NCBI GenBank assembly: GCA_024278765.1
Contig: JAJRSM010000007.1
Span: forward strand, 1-60,701
DNA from: Deltaproteobacteria bacterium
Lineage (GTDB): Bacteria; Desulfobacterota; GWC2-55-46; DRQE01
Length of the DNA: 60,701 bases
Direction: 5' to 3'
Both the position numbers and the translations under genes were made by a program. Below, in pieces: positions 38,675-48,871 of this stretch (position 1 is the stretch's first letter; each line of letters starts with the position of its first letter). A model generated the notes under the pieces. The model saw only the letters and a program-made list of their open reading frames with translations, was not told the DNA's origin and did not search any database.

Positions 38675-39895
38675 CTACTTATCACATTCCCCAAATACAG
38701 GATCCAGACTCGATATGATAGCAACGACATCTGCCATATACTCGCCCTTTGCCAAGTGGTGCGTTGACTGAAGATTAACAAATGTCGGAGACCTGATCTT
38801 AAGCCTCTCGGGCTTTTCTCCGCCGTTACTCTTAATATAAAAACCAAGCTCGCCTTTAGGTGCTTCTATCGCGTGATAGGCCTCGCCTTCAGAAACCTTA
38901 AAGCCGTGCGAGACATATTTAAAGTGATGGATAAGTTCTTCCATATTGTTATAGACCTCGTCTTTTGGCGGAGGTACTATCTCCGGCATATCCACGACAA
39001 CAGGGCCTTCCGGGAGCTTTTCAAGGCACTGGCTTATTATACGTATGGTCTGGCGCATCTCGGCGATCCTTACCAGATAGCGGTCAAAACAATCACCTAC
39101 CGAGCCGACCGGGACCTCAAAGTCAAGCTTGTCGTAGATAAGATACGGCTCATCTTTACGAATATCCCAAGGAACACCGCTTGCTCGCAGATTAGGGCCA
39201 GTAAGCCCCAGATCAATCGCATCATTGGCAGAGACTATCCCGACATTCTTATTCCTCTTTATCCAAACCCTGTTGCCTGTTATAAGCCTCTCGTACTCAT
39301 CGATACGCTCGGGCATATACTCCATAAGTTCTTTGCATTTTGTAAGAAACTCTTCGTTTGCATCCCACCGCACGCCGCCGATCCTCATATAACTGAGCGT
39401 CATACGCGCCCCGCAGATCATCTCAAAGAGATCCATTATCATCTCTCTTTCTCTGAAGGCATACAGAAGCACCGTCATAGCCCCGAGATCAACGCCCCAC
39501 GCGCCGATACAGACCAGATGCCCGGCAAGCCTAGAGAGCTCGGCGCAAAGCACACGCAAGTACTGTGCACGCTCAGGGACCTCCAGATCCATTACCTTCT
39601 CTACTGCCAGCACATAGCCCAGATTATTGCTCATCGAGCTCATATAATCGAGTCTATCGGTATAAGGGACAAACTGATGATAGAGCAGGTTCTCGGCAAT
39701 CTTTTCGGTCCCTCTATGCAGATAACCAATATCAGGATCAGCCCACGTAACCTTCTCGCCCTGAAGACCCAGAAGCAGATGCAACACGCCATGCGCAGAA
39801 GGATGCTGAGGACCGAAACTAAGGGTCATCTCCTTAGTACTTACGGCCTCTTCGTCATCAAATTCATCTCGAATATTTTTTTTATCGTCTATCAT
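38675..39895 (-). CDS. nuoD: NADH-quinone oxidoreductase subunit D
   Basis: GPQHPSAHGVL, GYLHRG.EK, EAPKGE. Confidence 0.96.
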   Translation of the reverse strand: MIDDKKNIRDEFDDEEAVSTKEMTLSFGPQHPSAHGVLHLLLGLQGEKVTWADPDIGYLHRGTEKIAENLLYHQFVPYTDRLDYMSSMSNNLGYVLAVEKVMDLEVPERAQYLRVLCAELSRLAGHLVCIGAWGVDLGAMTVLLYAFREREMIMDLFEMICGARMTLSYMRIGGVRWDANEEFLTKCKELMEYMPERIDEYERLITGNRVWIKRNKNVGIVSANDAIDLGLTGPNLRASGVPWDIRKDEPYLIYDKLDFEVPVGSVGDCFDRYLVRIAEMRQTIRIISQCLEKLPEGPVVVDMPEIVPPPKDEVYNNMEELIHHFKYVSHGFKVSEGEAYHAIEAPKGELGFYIKSNGGEKPERLKIRSPTFVNLQSTHHLAKGEYMADVVAIISSLDPVFGECDK

Positions 39896-39915
39896 AATAT
39901 ACTGTTCAAGCTGCC

Positions 39916-40428
39916 TTATCTTTCTTCGCCATTAGGGTTATATTTGTCTTTATATCCTCTAAGCGGAAAATCTTTCCTTAGCGGAAAACCATCAAAGTCC
40001 TCCGGCAAATAAATCCGCCTAAGATCCGGATGACCTTTAAATACAATCCCAAACATATCGTATGCCTCTCGCTCCGCCCAACCGGCACTGCGCCAGACCT
40101 TGGTCACGGAATCAATCTCTTCATTCTCTTTAACCCGTACCCTCAAGCGAAGCCTCAACCTACTTTCCATCGCCAGTAACTGATATATAACCTCAAAGCG
40201 CGGGCAGCTCTCGCCACTTTCCGCACCTATCAGATCACTCAAAGCATTCATCTTAAAGTCTGGCTCACTCTTAAGTGAATGGCAGACGCCGAGGATTGCT
40301 TCCTTTTTTATCGTATACGTCACCTCGGCCCTGACGCGGTCTACGACTGTACCGAGGATATCGGCAGCGAACCTCTTTTTAAAGGTTACGATCAGTGTAT
40401 TCTCTTCTAATTCCGTAAGCTCTCTCAC
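39916..40428 (-). CDS. nuoC: NADH-quinone oxidoreductase subunit C
   Basis: [27 protein letters not shown]. Confidence 0.95.
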   Translation of the reverse strand: MRELTELEENTLIVTFKKRFAADILGTVVDRVRAEVTYTIKKEAILGVCHSLKSEPDFKMNALSDLIGAESGESCPRFEVIYQLLAMESRLRLRLRVRVKENEEIDSVTKVWRSAGWAEREAYDMFGIVFKGHPDLRRIYLPEDFDGFPLRKDFPLRGYKDKYNPNGEER

Positions 40429-40964
40429 GCGCCGCCACCTCCTCGCCTTCTAAGGAGTTCGGGGTTTTCCTTCCTGATCTTCTCCTGCAACTGCAAAAAA
40501 GCATAGAGTAGAGCGTCAGGGCGCGGAGGACAACCCGGGACAAATACATCAACAGGGATGACAAGCTCTGTACCCTGAACGACTGAATATGTATTATAAG
40601 GGCCACCTGCCGAGGCACAGCCGCCCATTGCGATCACCCAGCGAGGCTCTGACATCTGATCATAAAGACGCTTAACAGCCGGTGCTATCTTCTTGGTCAT
40701 AGTCCCGGCGACGACCATCACATCGGACTGGCGTGGAGAGGGCCTGAAGATTATACCCATCCTATCAAGGTCGTAACGCGAACAGGCCGTTGCCATCATC
40801 TCGATAGCGCAACAGGCCAGACCAAAGGTCAAGGGCCATAGCGAAGACTGACGCCCCCAACTGGAGACGGCATTCGTGACCGGATTCTCTCTAATCATCT
40901 GAGAGATTTGATCTAAGGTTGTAAACTGCGCTACACCTTCAACTGGATTACCTTTAACTAGCAT
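40425..40964 (-). CDS. nuoB: NADH-quinone oxidoreductase subunit B
   Basis: [22 protein letters not shown]. Confidence 0.96.
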   Translation of the reverse strand: MLVKGNPVEGVAQFTTLDQISQMIRENPVTNAVSSWGRQSSLWPLTFGLACCAIEMMATACSRYDLDRMGIIFRPSPRQSDVMVVAGTMTKKIAPAVKRLYDQMSEPRWVIAMGGCASAGGPYNTYSVVQGTELVIPVDVFVPGCPPRPDALLYAFLQLQEKIRKENPELLRRRGGGGA

Positions 40965-41012
40965 AGACTCCTTCCAATAAATTCCTAACGTCTTTACAGC
41001 ACCCGGATCAAA

Positions 41013-41378
41013 CTACAGCCAATCAAGAGCGCCCTTGCCCCACGCATATACAAGTCCCACAGAGAGTATCCCGATAAAGACGAACATCTCTATGAAGGCT
41101 AGCGTTGCGATGGTCGGATCCCCAAGGATCACGGCCCACGGAAATAGAAACAAGGTCTCGACATCAAATAATATAAATAGGATTGCGATAACAAAGAAGT
41201 GGACTTTATAATGACCGGTATTGGACTCACCTTTACTCTCAATACCACACTCCCATGACGTAAGCTTCTCAGCATAGGGGTTCTTTGGTCTTACAAGTGA
41301 GCTGACAAACAGTACTCCAATCGCCACAACGGTGATGAAGCCTGTCATAAAAAGTACTGGCACGTAAGTAAGAAGCAT
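41013..41378 (-). CDS. nuoA: NADH-quinone oxidoreductase subunit A
   Basis: WECG, FDVETLFLFPWA, KGALDW. Confidence 0.95.
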   Translation of the reverse strand: MLLTYVPVLFMTGFITVVAIGVLFVSSLVRPKNPYAEKLTSWECGIESKGESNTGHYKVHFFVIAILFILFDVETLFLFPWAVILGDPTIATLAFIEMFVFIGILSVGLVYAWGKGALDWL

Positions 41379-41492
41379 ATTCTCTTTCCCTTAGTAAGTT
41401 TAGTAAACCAGTATAAGCGGTGTTATTAAGGTATTCAAGTTACTGGGGCATACTACAGGCTACTTTCCCCATAATACTCATTATGCAAGGGG

Positions 41493-41545
41493 ATACTAAA
41501 ACACAGGGCTAGGATTGTCAAGGATAAAAATGTATACAGTATACG
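41493..41545 (-). promoter_or_regulatory. Sigma70-type nuo promoter with an adjacent palindrome
   Basis: TTGACA (41521-41516), 17 bp, TAGTAT (41498-41493); TGTATACAGTATAC at 41531-41544. Confidence 0.6.
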
Positions 41546-41660
41546 GACAAATAAATACTAAACGCGCCTTCCCTATTAGGCTTTAGCAATTTTCTGTGAT
41601 AGAGAATTGCTAAGACTAGCCATAAAAAACAAAGTTAAAATAAAAAAATCAGTTAAGCGC

Positions 41661-42470
41661 CTAAAAAATATCCTGCCGCATATCTCTAAATATATGATTT
41701 TTAGGGGTTATTTTCTTATCCCTAGCATCTGCAACATTAATATTGGCCATTGCAAAAGCCGTGCGCCTACTCGCGGCCCGCAAAAGAACCTCGCCTCGCG
41801 GCGTTACTATCTGACTCTTTCCTATAAAGGTCAGGGCATCACCAGCGCCTCTATCTTCCGTACCTACTCTATTGGCTGTAATTGCAAAAACCCTGTTTTC
41901 CAGACAGCGGGTAATCATTGCCTGCGGACAATTTGGCAAGACCAGATTAGACGGATGACATAATATATCAACCCCTTTAAGGGCCAGAGCCCGTGCTACC
42001 TCAGGGTAGATCCAGTCATAACAGATCATCATTCCGATTCGCGCCTTACCGATATTTACGACCTCAAGCGGGATATCCCCTGGGTTAAAGATTGACTTTT
42101 CATTCCAGAATAGATGGGCCTTACGGTAGACCGATATAAGGCCCTTAGGGCCGATCAAGACAGGCGAATTATAGAGTTTTTTGCCACAACGCTCGGCCAG
42201 GCCGGCAACGATATGCAGATTACGCTCTTTTGCCAGAGCAGAGAGCCTCTGTACGCTATAGCCACTTTTCAAATCTTCTGCCAACGTACGCAACTCTTTT
42301 TTAGAGGTAAATTGATAGCCAGTCGAGAAGAGCTCTGGCAAGACCAAAAGCTCAAGACCTGCTGTATCACTACGCCCGAGCCTTTTGATAACCCTATCCA
42401 GATTACCACACAGATCACCAAAGACAGGTTTGGTCTGCAAAAACCCTACCTTTATAACAGCCATAGCCAC
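41661..42470 (-). CDS. Carbon-nitrogen hydrolase (nitrilase superfamily)
   Basis: LPELFSTGY, YRKAHLF, ICYDW (Glu-Lys-Cys triad). Confidence 0.92.
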   Translation of the reverse strand: MAMAVIKVGFLQTKPVFGDLCGNLDRVIKRLGRSDTAGLELLVLPELFSTGYQFTSKKELRTLAEDLKSGYSVQRLSALAKERNLHIVAGLAERCGKKLYNSPVLIGPKGLISVYRKAHLFWNEKSIFNPGDIPLEVVNIGKARIGMMICYDWIYPEVARALALKGVDILCHPSNLVLPNCPQAMITRCLENRVFAITANRVGTEDRGAGDALTFIGKSQIVTPRGEVLLRAASRRTAFAMANINVADARDKKITPKNHIFRDMRQDIF

Positions 42471-42594
42471 GACCTCTCAATATGTTTTGCTTTACTTTGC
42501 TAGAGTATACATGACAAAAAGGCAAGCTGCAAAGACAAAGTAATAGAACTTTAAAAGACGCCCCCTCCTTTAAAGATTAAAAGATAGGGGCTCT

Positions 42595-43410
42595 TCAAAC
42601 AACCACCTGCTTACTGCCTTTACAACGTCCCTTAAGGCCCTTTACTGCCAGCAAAACAAAGAATATCAGACTTAACAATAATATAATAAGTGGAGAGGTA
42701 GGCAGGTCGTATAAATATGACAGGATTATCCCAAAAACACTCACCACAACGCCGACGCACCAGCCGCCGAGCAAGACCACGCCCGGCCTTCTGGTATAAA
42801 GCCTACCGATAAGGGCTGGGATAACAAGCATGGCAAAGACAAGAAGTATGCCACCAAGCTTTACCGAGCTTACCAGTACAAAAGCAAAACTCAGGAAGAA
42901 TATAAACTCCCATATATAGCCCCCCTTGCCCTCTCGTGTCAGCTCAAAGAACCTGCGCCTAAAGACAAGATGGATCACCCCAATAATGAAGTAGAGGATA
43001 AAGGAATAGAGAATATCACGCGGAGCGAGCCAGAGGATATTCCCGCTTAAGATGGCCTTGAACTCTTCCAGCCCATGAGGAGAACTACTCAAGACCAGAA
43101 TACTGGCCGAGAGCGAGAAGATATACAGCACCCCGATAAAGGCCTCTATATTGGTAATGCGCGCTATATACCGGGACAAAGAAAGTATTGCGGCACCGAT
43201 AACGGCAAAGCCAACTGAGAAGAGATAGCTTCCATTATCACCAAGCCCAATCAAAAACGATACGGCTATACCAAGCCCAATGAACTGAGCAAGTGATAGA
43301 TCTACAAAGATAATCCCTCGCTCCAGCATATGCACACCAAAATAGGTATGTATCGCGATAAGCATTACACATGCCAAAAACGGGTATGTTAAAAAACCAA
43401 TTGTCTCCAC
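42595..43410 (-). CDS. Metal ABC transporter permease (ZnuB/MntB-like)
   Basis: Polytopic; H.YFG.H, RGIIFVDLSLAQ, GILLVFAMLVIPA; AGGAGG RBS before GTG at 43410. Confidence 0.85.
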   Translation of the reverse strand: METIGFLTYPFLACVMLIAIHTYFGVHMLERGIIFVDLSLAQFIGLGIAVSFLIGLGDNGSYLFSVGFAVIGAAILSLSRYIARITNIEAFIGVLYIFSLSASILVLSSSPHGLEEFKAILSGNILWLAPRDILYSFILYFIIGVIHLVFRRRFFELTREGKGGYIWEFIFFLSFAFVLVSSVKLGGILLVFAMLVIPALIGRLYTRRPGVVLLGGWCVGVVVSVFGIILSYLYDLPTSPLIILLLSLIFFVLLAVKGLKGRCKGSKQVVV

Positions 43411-43550
43411 GATTCCTCCTATTTTAAAGACCCGAATGACATTTAAGCCCGAAGGGCCTTTAAATATCGAAAACACAGACCATCTACTTGCTGGACGTTA
43501 AGCCCAAAGGGCCTTGAAGCCCGAAGGGCCGTCTAATTTTCAACAGACTA

Positions 43551-44480
43551 TTATCTACCTAAAGAACTTAAAGGCCGAATGGCCCGGATGGCCCGGATGA
43601 CCCGGTCCATAAACTCAAACCAGTCTTCATCTGTATTGGTAAGACCAGCCCCCACGTCATGGGGCAGGTCAATTATATTAGTACCGGTCTCTCTAGCCAA
43701 CCAGCGAGCCTGGCGACGACCATAGTAGCTAGCGGTCAAGATCGCTGCCACGTGATTATCCTTTGTTAGCCCGACCAACCTTTGGATATAACCGCTAGAG
43801 GGCGGTACGCCCGGGCGGGGCTCTATATAACCTATTATTTCAAAACTAAAATCACGGGCCAGATACTCAAAGAGCTTATGAAAGGCGATAAAGTTATTGC
43901 CTTTAAGGCTAGCACCACTCCATTCTTTACGTTTTTCCACCATCTTTGCTTTAAAAGCCTCTAGGTTATCTTTAAAAAAAGCAGCGTTTTCAGGGTCAGC
44001 GACGGCGAATGCCGCTGCAAGCCCCCCTGCCACACGCAGGACATTGCCGGGCGAGAAGTGATAATGCGGGTTGCCTTCGGAGTGGACATCTCCCATGCTG
44101 CGATCTACCAGAGCACCAGCGCCTATTATCTCTGCAATATCAAGAAACCTTGACGCATCTATATTACCTGCCCGTCCCGTGGCTATCGCCCGGTTGCGCG
44201 AAGACTCTATCAAGATCGGTAGATATCCGGCCTCTAACCCAAGGCCATTATAAATAAGGATATCGGCGCGACGCACCGCCAACAACATACTAGGCTTTGG
44301 CTGAATAAAATGCGGATCAAGCGAGGGCCTAACCAGCACTTTGACCTCTACCCTGCCACCTCCGATATCACGCGCAACGCTCCCTATCCGCGGCAGCGTT
44401 GCAACTACATTCAGAGCCGCCATGGCCGGGGTGGCCGTAAAGAATAACAACAGACTTAACATAAATATTATTCGTTTCAT
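43551..44480 (-). CDS. Metal ABC transporter substrate-binding protein (ZnuA/TroA-like)
   Basis: Signal peptide, DPHF, GDVH..GNPHY, AFH, EPRPGVPP. Confidence 0.9.
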   Translation of the reverse strand: MKRIIFMLSLLLFFTATPAMAALNVVATLPRIGSVARDIGGGRVEVKVLVRPSLDPHFIQPKPSMLLAVRRADILIYNGLGLEAGYLPILIESSRNRAIATGRAGNIDASRFLDIAEIIGAGALVDRSMGDVHSEGNPHYHFSPGNVLRVAGGLAAAFAVADPENAAFFKDNLEAFKAKMVEKRKEWSGASLKGNNFIAFHKLFEYLARDFSFEIIGYIEPRPGVPPSSGYIQRLVGLTKDNHVAAILTASYYGRRQARWLARETGTNIIDLPHDVGAGLTNTDEDWFEFMDRVIRAIRAIRPLSSLGR

Positions 44481-44550
44481 TGATTACTCTCCTATATTCA
44501 ACACAACCACAGACGACATATAAGCCGCCTGCGGTTAGAAATGGTAGTGA

Positions 44551-46005
44551 TTAGAATGAATGCGCTCCGTGCGCGCCTATCCCGAGGATTAGCTGCAAAT
44601 ACAACTCATGGTTGGTCTCACCGGTCCTTGCCATCTCGTCGTAGTTGTACTGCAACCTGAGCCTCGTAAATTCGGTCGGGTTGAACTCAAGGCTGCCTGT
44701 CATACGCTCAGGGCTTGCGCCAAAGTCCTGATTTACGCCGTCCTTTATAAAGTCATCTTCAAAAAGGTCTAGGGCCTCGTACCTCGCACCTACTCTCCAC
44801 CGACCGAACTGATAGAAACCCTGCACGTAAAGGCCGTCCTGGCTACGCACAAGCCGCTCTACGCCGCTCGGATCAGTAGCGTCCGCGTAGTACCTGCCCG
44901 CTTGCCTACGAAGCAGATACTCCGTCTGCAGCGTCAGGGCCTTATCCTTAGACGGCCTCCACTTGTAGGTTAGCTCAGCGCCATATATCGTCGAGTCTGC
45001 TTTAAACTCACTATCACGCGCGATTGATCCGGTCTTTGTCTCTCCGCCCGCGACGGAAAATCCGGCAAGGACGGTACTGTTAACCCCTAAGTCCTTTGAG
45101 ACCTTCGCGAATGCCGCGTAGGCATGGGCGCCGTCTTCTGCGCCGTCGCCAAAGAGGACCTCATTGCTACCCTGCAAGAGCTCAAAGCCAAGCAGGGTAT
45201 AAATTGGCAGGGCCGGCATATACGTAAACTGTGCACCCTTTTCAACGAGTCCTTCCTCTCCAAAGAAGGCCAGGTAAGGCAACGGGGAATCAACAAAGTT
45301 CCACGCGTGCTGATGAAAGGCGTTGAAGCGGCCAAAGCCGCTCTTGAACTTACCTCCCTTGAGTTGCATGCCTCTTGGCAGAGCGGTCGTGACAAAATAC
45401 GCCTCTTCGACCTCAAGACCCGTCTCATTTATAGGGATCTTCGTATAGAGTTTCAGGTAAGGGTCGACCGGGGCAAATATAGCAAGCTCGACGCTCCTCA
45501 GGTTAAAGCCCTCTTTTCGGGCAGAGCCTGCCTCTTCGTTAAGGATACGGTAGCCGGGTATCTCGCGCGCATCGAGCTCGGCATCCGAGAGATTAGTACT
45601 ATAAAAGAAGGTATCCATATTAAGGCTTATTGACGGGTTCATCGAACTTTGAGAGCGGGGGGGACTTTGGAAACCGGAGGAACCGGGGACGTTCCTGGAA
45701 TTATTACCCAAGACCCCCCTGGACGCAGAGGCGACTATACGACTTACTAACCGGCCCTTATCTTCATCTTCCGGTAAGAGCCTGCCGTTAATAAGTTGCC
45801 GACGCGCGGCCTTGCCGTCTTTGAATTCCGGCTTAAGCCCTTGCCGAAGGCTCTGAATCACCGCCTCCTGGTTCTTTATTAACTTCCCTTGAGCCGCAAT
45901 GGCCCGCTCCAGTTTATTGACCCTCTCTTCTAAACTAATATTGCCTGCAAAAGCAGTTGTAGTAATTAAAAGCACCGCTACCAGTGCCGAAAAAAATATC
46001 TTCAT
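44551..46005 (-). CDS. Outer-membrane beta-barrel of the metal-uptake (zinc-regulated porin-like) type
   Basis: Signal peptide, coiled coil, NPSISL, EEAY, FGRFN..H.H.W.F.D.PL, C-terminal GAHGAHSF; AGGAGG RBS before MKIFF. Confidence 0.8.
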   Translation of the reverse strand: MKIFFSALVAVLLITTTAFAGNISLEERVNKLERAIAAQGKLIKNQEAVIQSLRQGLKPEFKDGKAARRQLINGRLLPEDEDKGRLVSRIVASASRGVLGNNSRNVPGSSGFQSPPRSQSSMNPSISLNMDTFFYSTNLSDAELDAREIPGYRILNEEAGSARKEGFNLRSVELAIFAPVDPYLKLYTKIPINETGLEVEEAYFVTTALPRGMQLKGGKFKSGFGRFNAFHQHAWNFVDSPLPYLAFFGEEGLVEKGAQFTYMPALPIYTLLGFELLQGSNEVLFGDGAEDGAHAYAAFAKVSKDLGVNSTVLAGFSVAGGETKTGSIARDSEFKADSTIYGAELTYKWRPSKDKALTLQTEYLLRRQAGRYYADATDPSGVERLVRSQDGLYVQGFYQFGRWRVGARYEALDLFEDDFIKDGVNQDFGASPERMTGSLEFNPTEFTRLRLQYNYDEMARTGETNHELYLQLILGIGAHGAHSF

Positions 46006-46198
46006 AAATTCCTCCTGTTGGAGATTAAACTGCACAAAGGCAGATATCAAACACAGCCATAGGCTCGCTGTCGTACCCTGATAAGACTCAGGGGCAACCG
46101 CAGGCTGGGCGTAAATATGCCAGAATTAAACGCAGCAATAGACGCAGAAAGACTCACGCCTTACCACTCTCATTTTTCTTTTTTCAGGGTAATCCGTC

Positions 46199-46528
46199 TT
46201 AGACGGCAGGAGGTGCTCTTGGTGCGGAACTTCTTGATACGAGTCTATATACAACTCTCTCACCTTCAAGCTCAAGCGTGGCGAGATAATCAGCATATAC
46301 CGCTAGATCAACACCCGCTTCAGTGGTAAGAGCAGGGCTATGGGCAACGGTGGCGCAGGTTACGCAATCCATATTATGCGAGCGGGCATCATCATGGTGA
46401 TGAACAGCACCCACCATAAAGGTAAAGAGCATCGCTAAAACAACTACGCTGTGCAACGCCTTAGATCGCATATTGATTCGTCTAAACATAAGGTAAAAGA
46501 TCATACCAAAAAGACCCTTCATATTCAA
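46199..46528 (-). CDS. DUF2946/CruR-like small exported protein ending in RAPP (start uncertain, possibly 46471)
   Basis: Hydrophobic N-terminus, HHH..H..CVTC, C-terminal APRAPPAV. Confidence 0.75.
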   Translation of the reverse strand: MNMKGLFGMIFYLMFRRINMRSKALHSVVVLAMLFTFMVGAVHHHDDARSHNMDCVTCATVAHSPALTTEAGVDLAVYADYLATLELEGERVVYRLVSRSSAPRAPPAV

Positions 46529-46566
46529 GAACAGGAATAAGAAACAAGGGCACTCTTTTGCTCAGG

Positions 46567-47259
46567 CTACTTCAGCATAGCCCTAAAGAGCTCGTGAGAC
46601 TCTGCGCTATTCCACTTGCGAGCACCGGTTATTTTGCCAACAAACCGCCCGTCCCGCCCGATCACATAGGTCATTGGAAGTACAGTTACAAGATAAAGCC
46701 TACGCACGTGATTGTCATGGTCAAGAACAATATCCATTTTGATATTAGACTTTCTGATAAATTTGCCGACTATCTTCTTTGTCCACGCATATGACCCTCT
46801 ATCGACAGCTACGCCGATCACACGAAGCCCCTTGCCTTCCATATCAGCACGCAGTTCACCGAGCATCGGCATTTCTTTGCGGCACACCTTGCACCAAGTA
46901 GCCCAAAAATGCAGCAATACAAGATCGCCTTTGAGATCGCCCATAACCAACGGCTTGCCGTCCATATCCTTGGGTGTAAACTCAGGGGCGAGCTTACGGA
47001 GCGTAAAATCAGGGGCGAGCTTACGCTCGCTGGGCATAACCATTCCAAAGGCCTTTGCCTGCACCTTATAGCTCTCTATCTTGTGATTCGCTACTAAGAC
47101 CTCTCCAGCCAAGACCGCAGTCGGGATAAATGCCCTAATAAATATAAAAAGACATAAAATAAAAGCTACTATATATTTTCTAAAGAAGTTATCCTTCCCC
47201 GCCTGACAAACCATAACTACCTCGCGTTGTTTATTAAATATTTTCCTATAAGCTTCCAT
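46567..47259 (-). CDS. TlpA-like thiol-disulfide oxidoreductase (start uncertain)
   Basis: FWATWCKVCRKEMP, LPMTYVI; N-terminal TM; 27-bp duplication encoding RKLAP(D/E)FT. Confidence 0.88.
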   Translation of the reverse strand: MEAYRKIFNKQREVVMVCQAGKDNFFRKYIVAFILCLFIFIRAFIPTAVLAGEVLVANHKIESYKVQAKAFGMVMPSERKLAPDFTLRKLAPEFTPKDMDGKPLVMGDLKGDLVLLHFWATWCKVCRKEMPMLGELRADMEGKGLRVIGVAVDRGSYAWTKKIVGKFIRKSNIKMDIVLDHDNHVRRLYLVTVLPMTYVIGRDGRFVGKITGARKWNSAESHELFRAMLK

Positions 47260-47495
47260 TCTTCTTCACTCATGGAAGGCACTCCTCGCTCCTTCATTAC
47301 CTGGCGCATCCGGGGTAGCCAGCTCTCCCACTGAGTGGCCGTAAAACGTTTTGGATGCGCCAGCGCATGGCACGTAGCACACCTATTACGGTAAAGGCTC
47401 GCCGCCTCTGAGCCATCATTAGGGATAGGGGTTGGCAAGGCTACGCAGCCTAAGAGTCCTACCATTAAAACAACCACCCAAAAAAACCTTGCCAT
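47217..47495 (-). CDS. Monoheme c-type cytochrome lipoprotein
   Basis: Lipobox LLGC, CATCH, W...LPRM (candidate Met ligand). Confidence 0.82.
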   Translation of the reverse strand: MARFFWVVVLMVGLLGCVALPTPIPNDGSEAASLYRNRCATCHALAHPKRFTATQWESWLPRMRQVMKERGVPSMSEEEWKLIGKYLINNAR

Positions 47496-47528
47496 GCCCC
47501 ACCTCCTTAAAACCGATCTTAATTTCGA

Positions 47529-48707
47529 CTAAAAACCAAGCCTATTCTTACCATTCCTCTCGCTACCCACATACCTCTTGCTTTTTTTCGTAGGTATCTC
47601 GATATACCAAGTTAGCATCACCGAATAATCCTCTTCAAGCTGACGTCCATACATGTCCTGATATATTGGTGTGCTCACGCCGAGTGCAATTATGTGTAGC
47701 GGCTTTGGCTGCCACTGAAGCTCTGCCGTAACCGCAACGGTCTTACCCCCGTAGTTATCAGGGTCCCATGCAGGCGACATATAACCACTGCTCGCATCAA
47801 AGCGAGTCTTTCTACCTGACTCACCGGTTAGGGCCTGATCTGCCTCTCCGTCGATACGGCCTTTGTACCTGGCGTTTAACTGAAGCCCGGCGACCAGATT
47901 ATAGGTAAGCTGGCGCATACCGTAGAGATCCAACCTGAACTCATCACCATATTGCCAGCCCTGCGAATTGTCATATAATCTGGCCGTATAGATGGCATTA
48001 ACGCCCCACCACCACGGTGAAAGCGAGCCCTCATATAACAGCCCAATACTCGGGTCAAATGTCCCCGTACCAAGCTGCATGGCATAAGGCAGCAGCTCGC
48101 CTCGGCGTTCCGCCAAAGGATGATTGGTATTATTCTCACTGATCGAACCTGCCGGCAGGCTAAGCCCCATAACGAGCGATACCTGACTCTTTGGAATATC
48201 AGGGTCATCGGTATAGAGTCTGTACTTTCCCATCAGCATAACGTCGCCGATACCGCCGGACTCCATCGTATAACTTTCTTTTCCGGTCATGTTCCGCATC
48301 GGCTGGTTAAACTTCATACCCATGCTATTTTCCTTCCACATAAGCATCGCACCGAGAAAGATATCGTCGCTATAGCTATAGCCAACGGTCATATTCACCA
48401 TGCTCATATCCATATACGACGGGGCCGCCATAAACTCCGAGCCCATACCGCCGCTAACCAGTGACTTTTCACTTAGAGAATCAGTCCCGTCTCGCATCCC
48501 CTCCATACGCATAAACATAGGGCTAAGCTTCACACGCAGTTCATAGGTGGCGGGCACGCCGCCGCCCGGTATATTAAGCGGCATATTACCACCGCACTTT
48601 GCGCAGCACAGCCCAACGTAGGCCTCTGCAACAACCGGCATAACCAGTAACAAAATAATAACTAAAAACACAGACGATATTCGCCTAAGGTGTTTACTAA
48701 GATACAT
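47529..48707 (-). CDS. Met/Cys-rich outer-membrane transporter-like beta-barrel
   Basis: Signal peptide then CCAKCGGNMP; GIGDV and QLGTGTFD motifs of SphA/MetA-pathway-like barrels; GGAGG RBS before MYLSK. Confidence 0.7.
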   Translation of the reverse strand: MYLSKHLRRISSVFLVIILLLVMPVVAEAYVGLCCAKCGGNMPLNIPGGGVPATYELRVKLSPMFMRMEGMRDGTDSLSEKSLVSGGMGSEFMAAPSYMDMSMVNMTVGYSYSDDIFLGAMLMWKENSMGMKFNQPMRNMTGKESYTMESGGIGDVMLMGKYRLYTDDPDIPKSQVSLVMGLSLPAGSISENNTNHPLAERRGELLPYAMQLGTGTFDPSIGLLYEGSLSPWWWGVNAIYTARLYDNSQGWQYGDEFRLDLYGMRQLTYNLVAGLQLNARYKGRIDGEADQALTGESGRKTRFDASSGYMSPAWDPDNYGGKTVAVTAELQWQPKPLHIIALGVSTPIYQDMYGRQLEEDYSVMLTWYIEIPTKKSKRYVGSERNGKNRLGF

Positions 48708-48871
48708 ATTTAAAGACCTCCCGAAAAGGCAGCTAAACCACGGGCAGCTCTGGCAACAAACGCTTGTGCACAATCAAATACGCACAAAAAAACGCATCTA
48801 TACCCAGCCGCAGCCGCAGCGGTAATTAATAAAATATTTTTAAAATTTACTAGAATTACTAAAGAAAGGCT

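Noticed and set aside
36935-40012. Long plus-strand ORFs (36935-37816, 38873-40012; also 32103-32852, 9111-9848, 17217-17900)
   Set aside because: Antisense shadows of well-supported genes, with no motifs of their own
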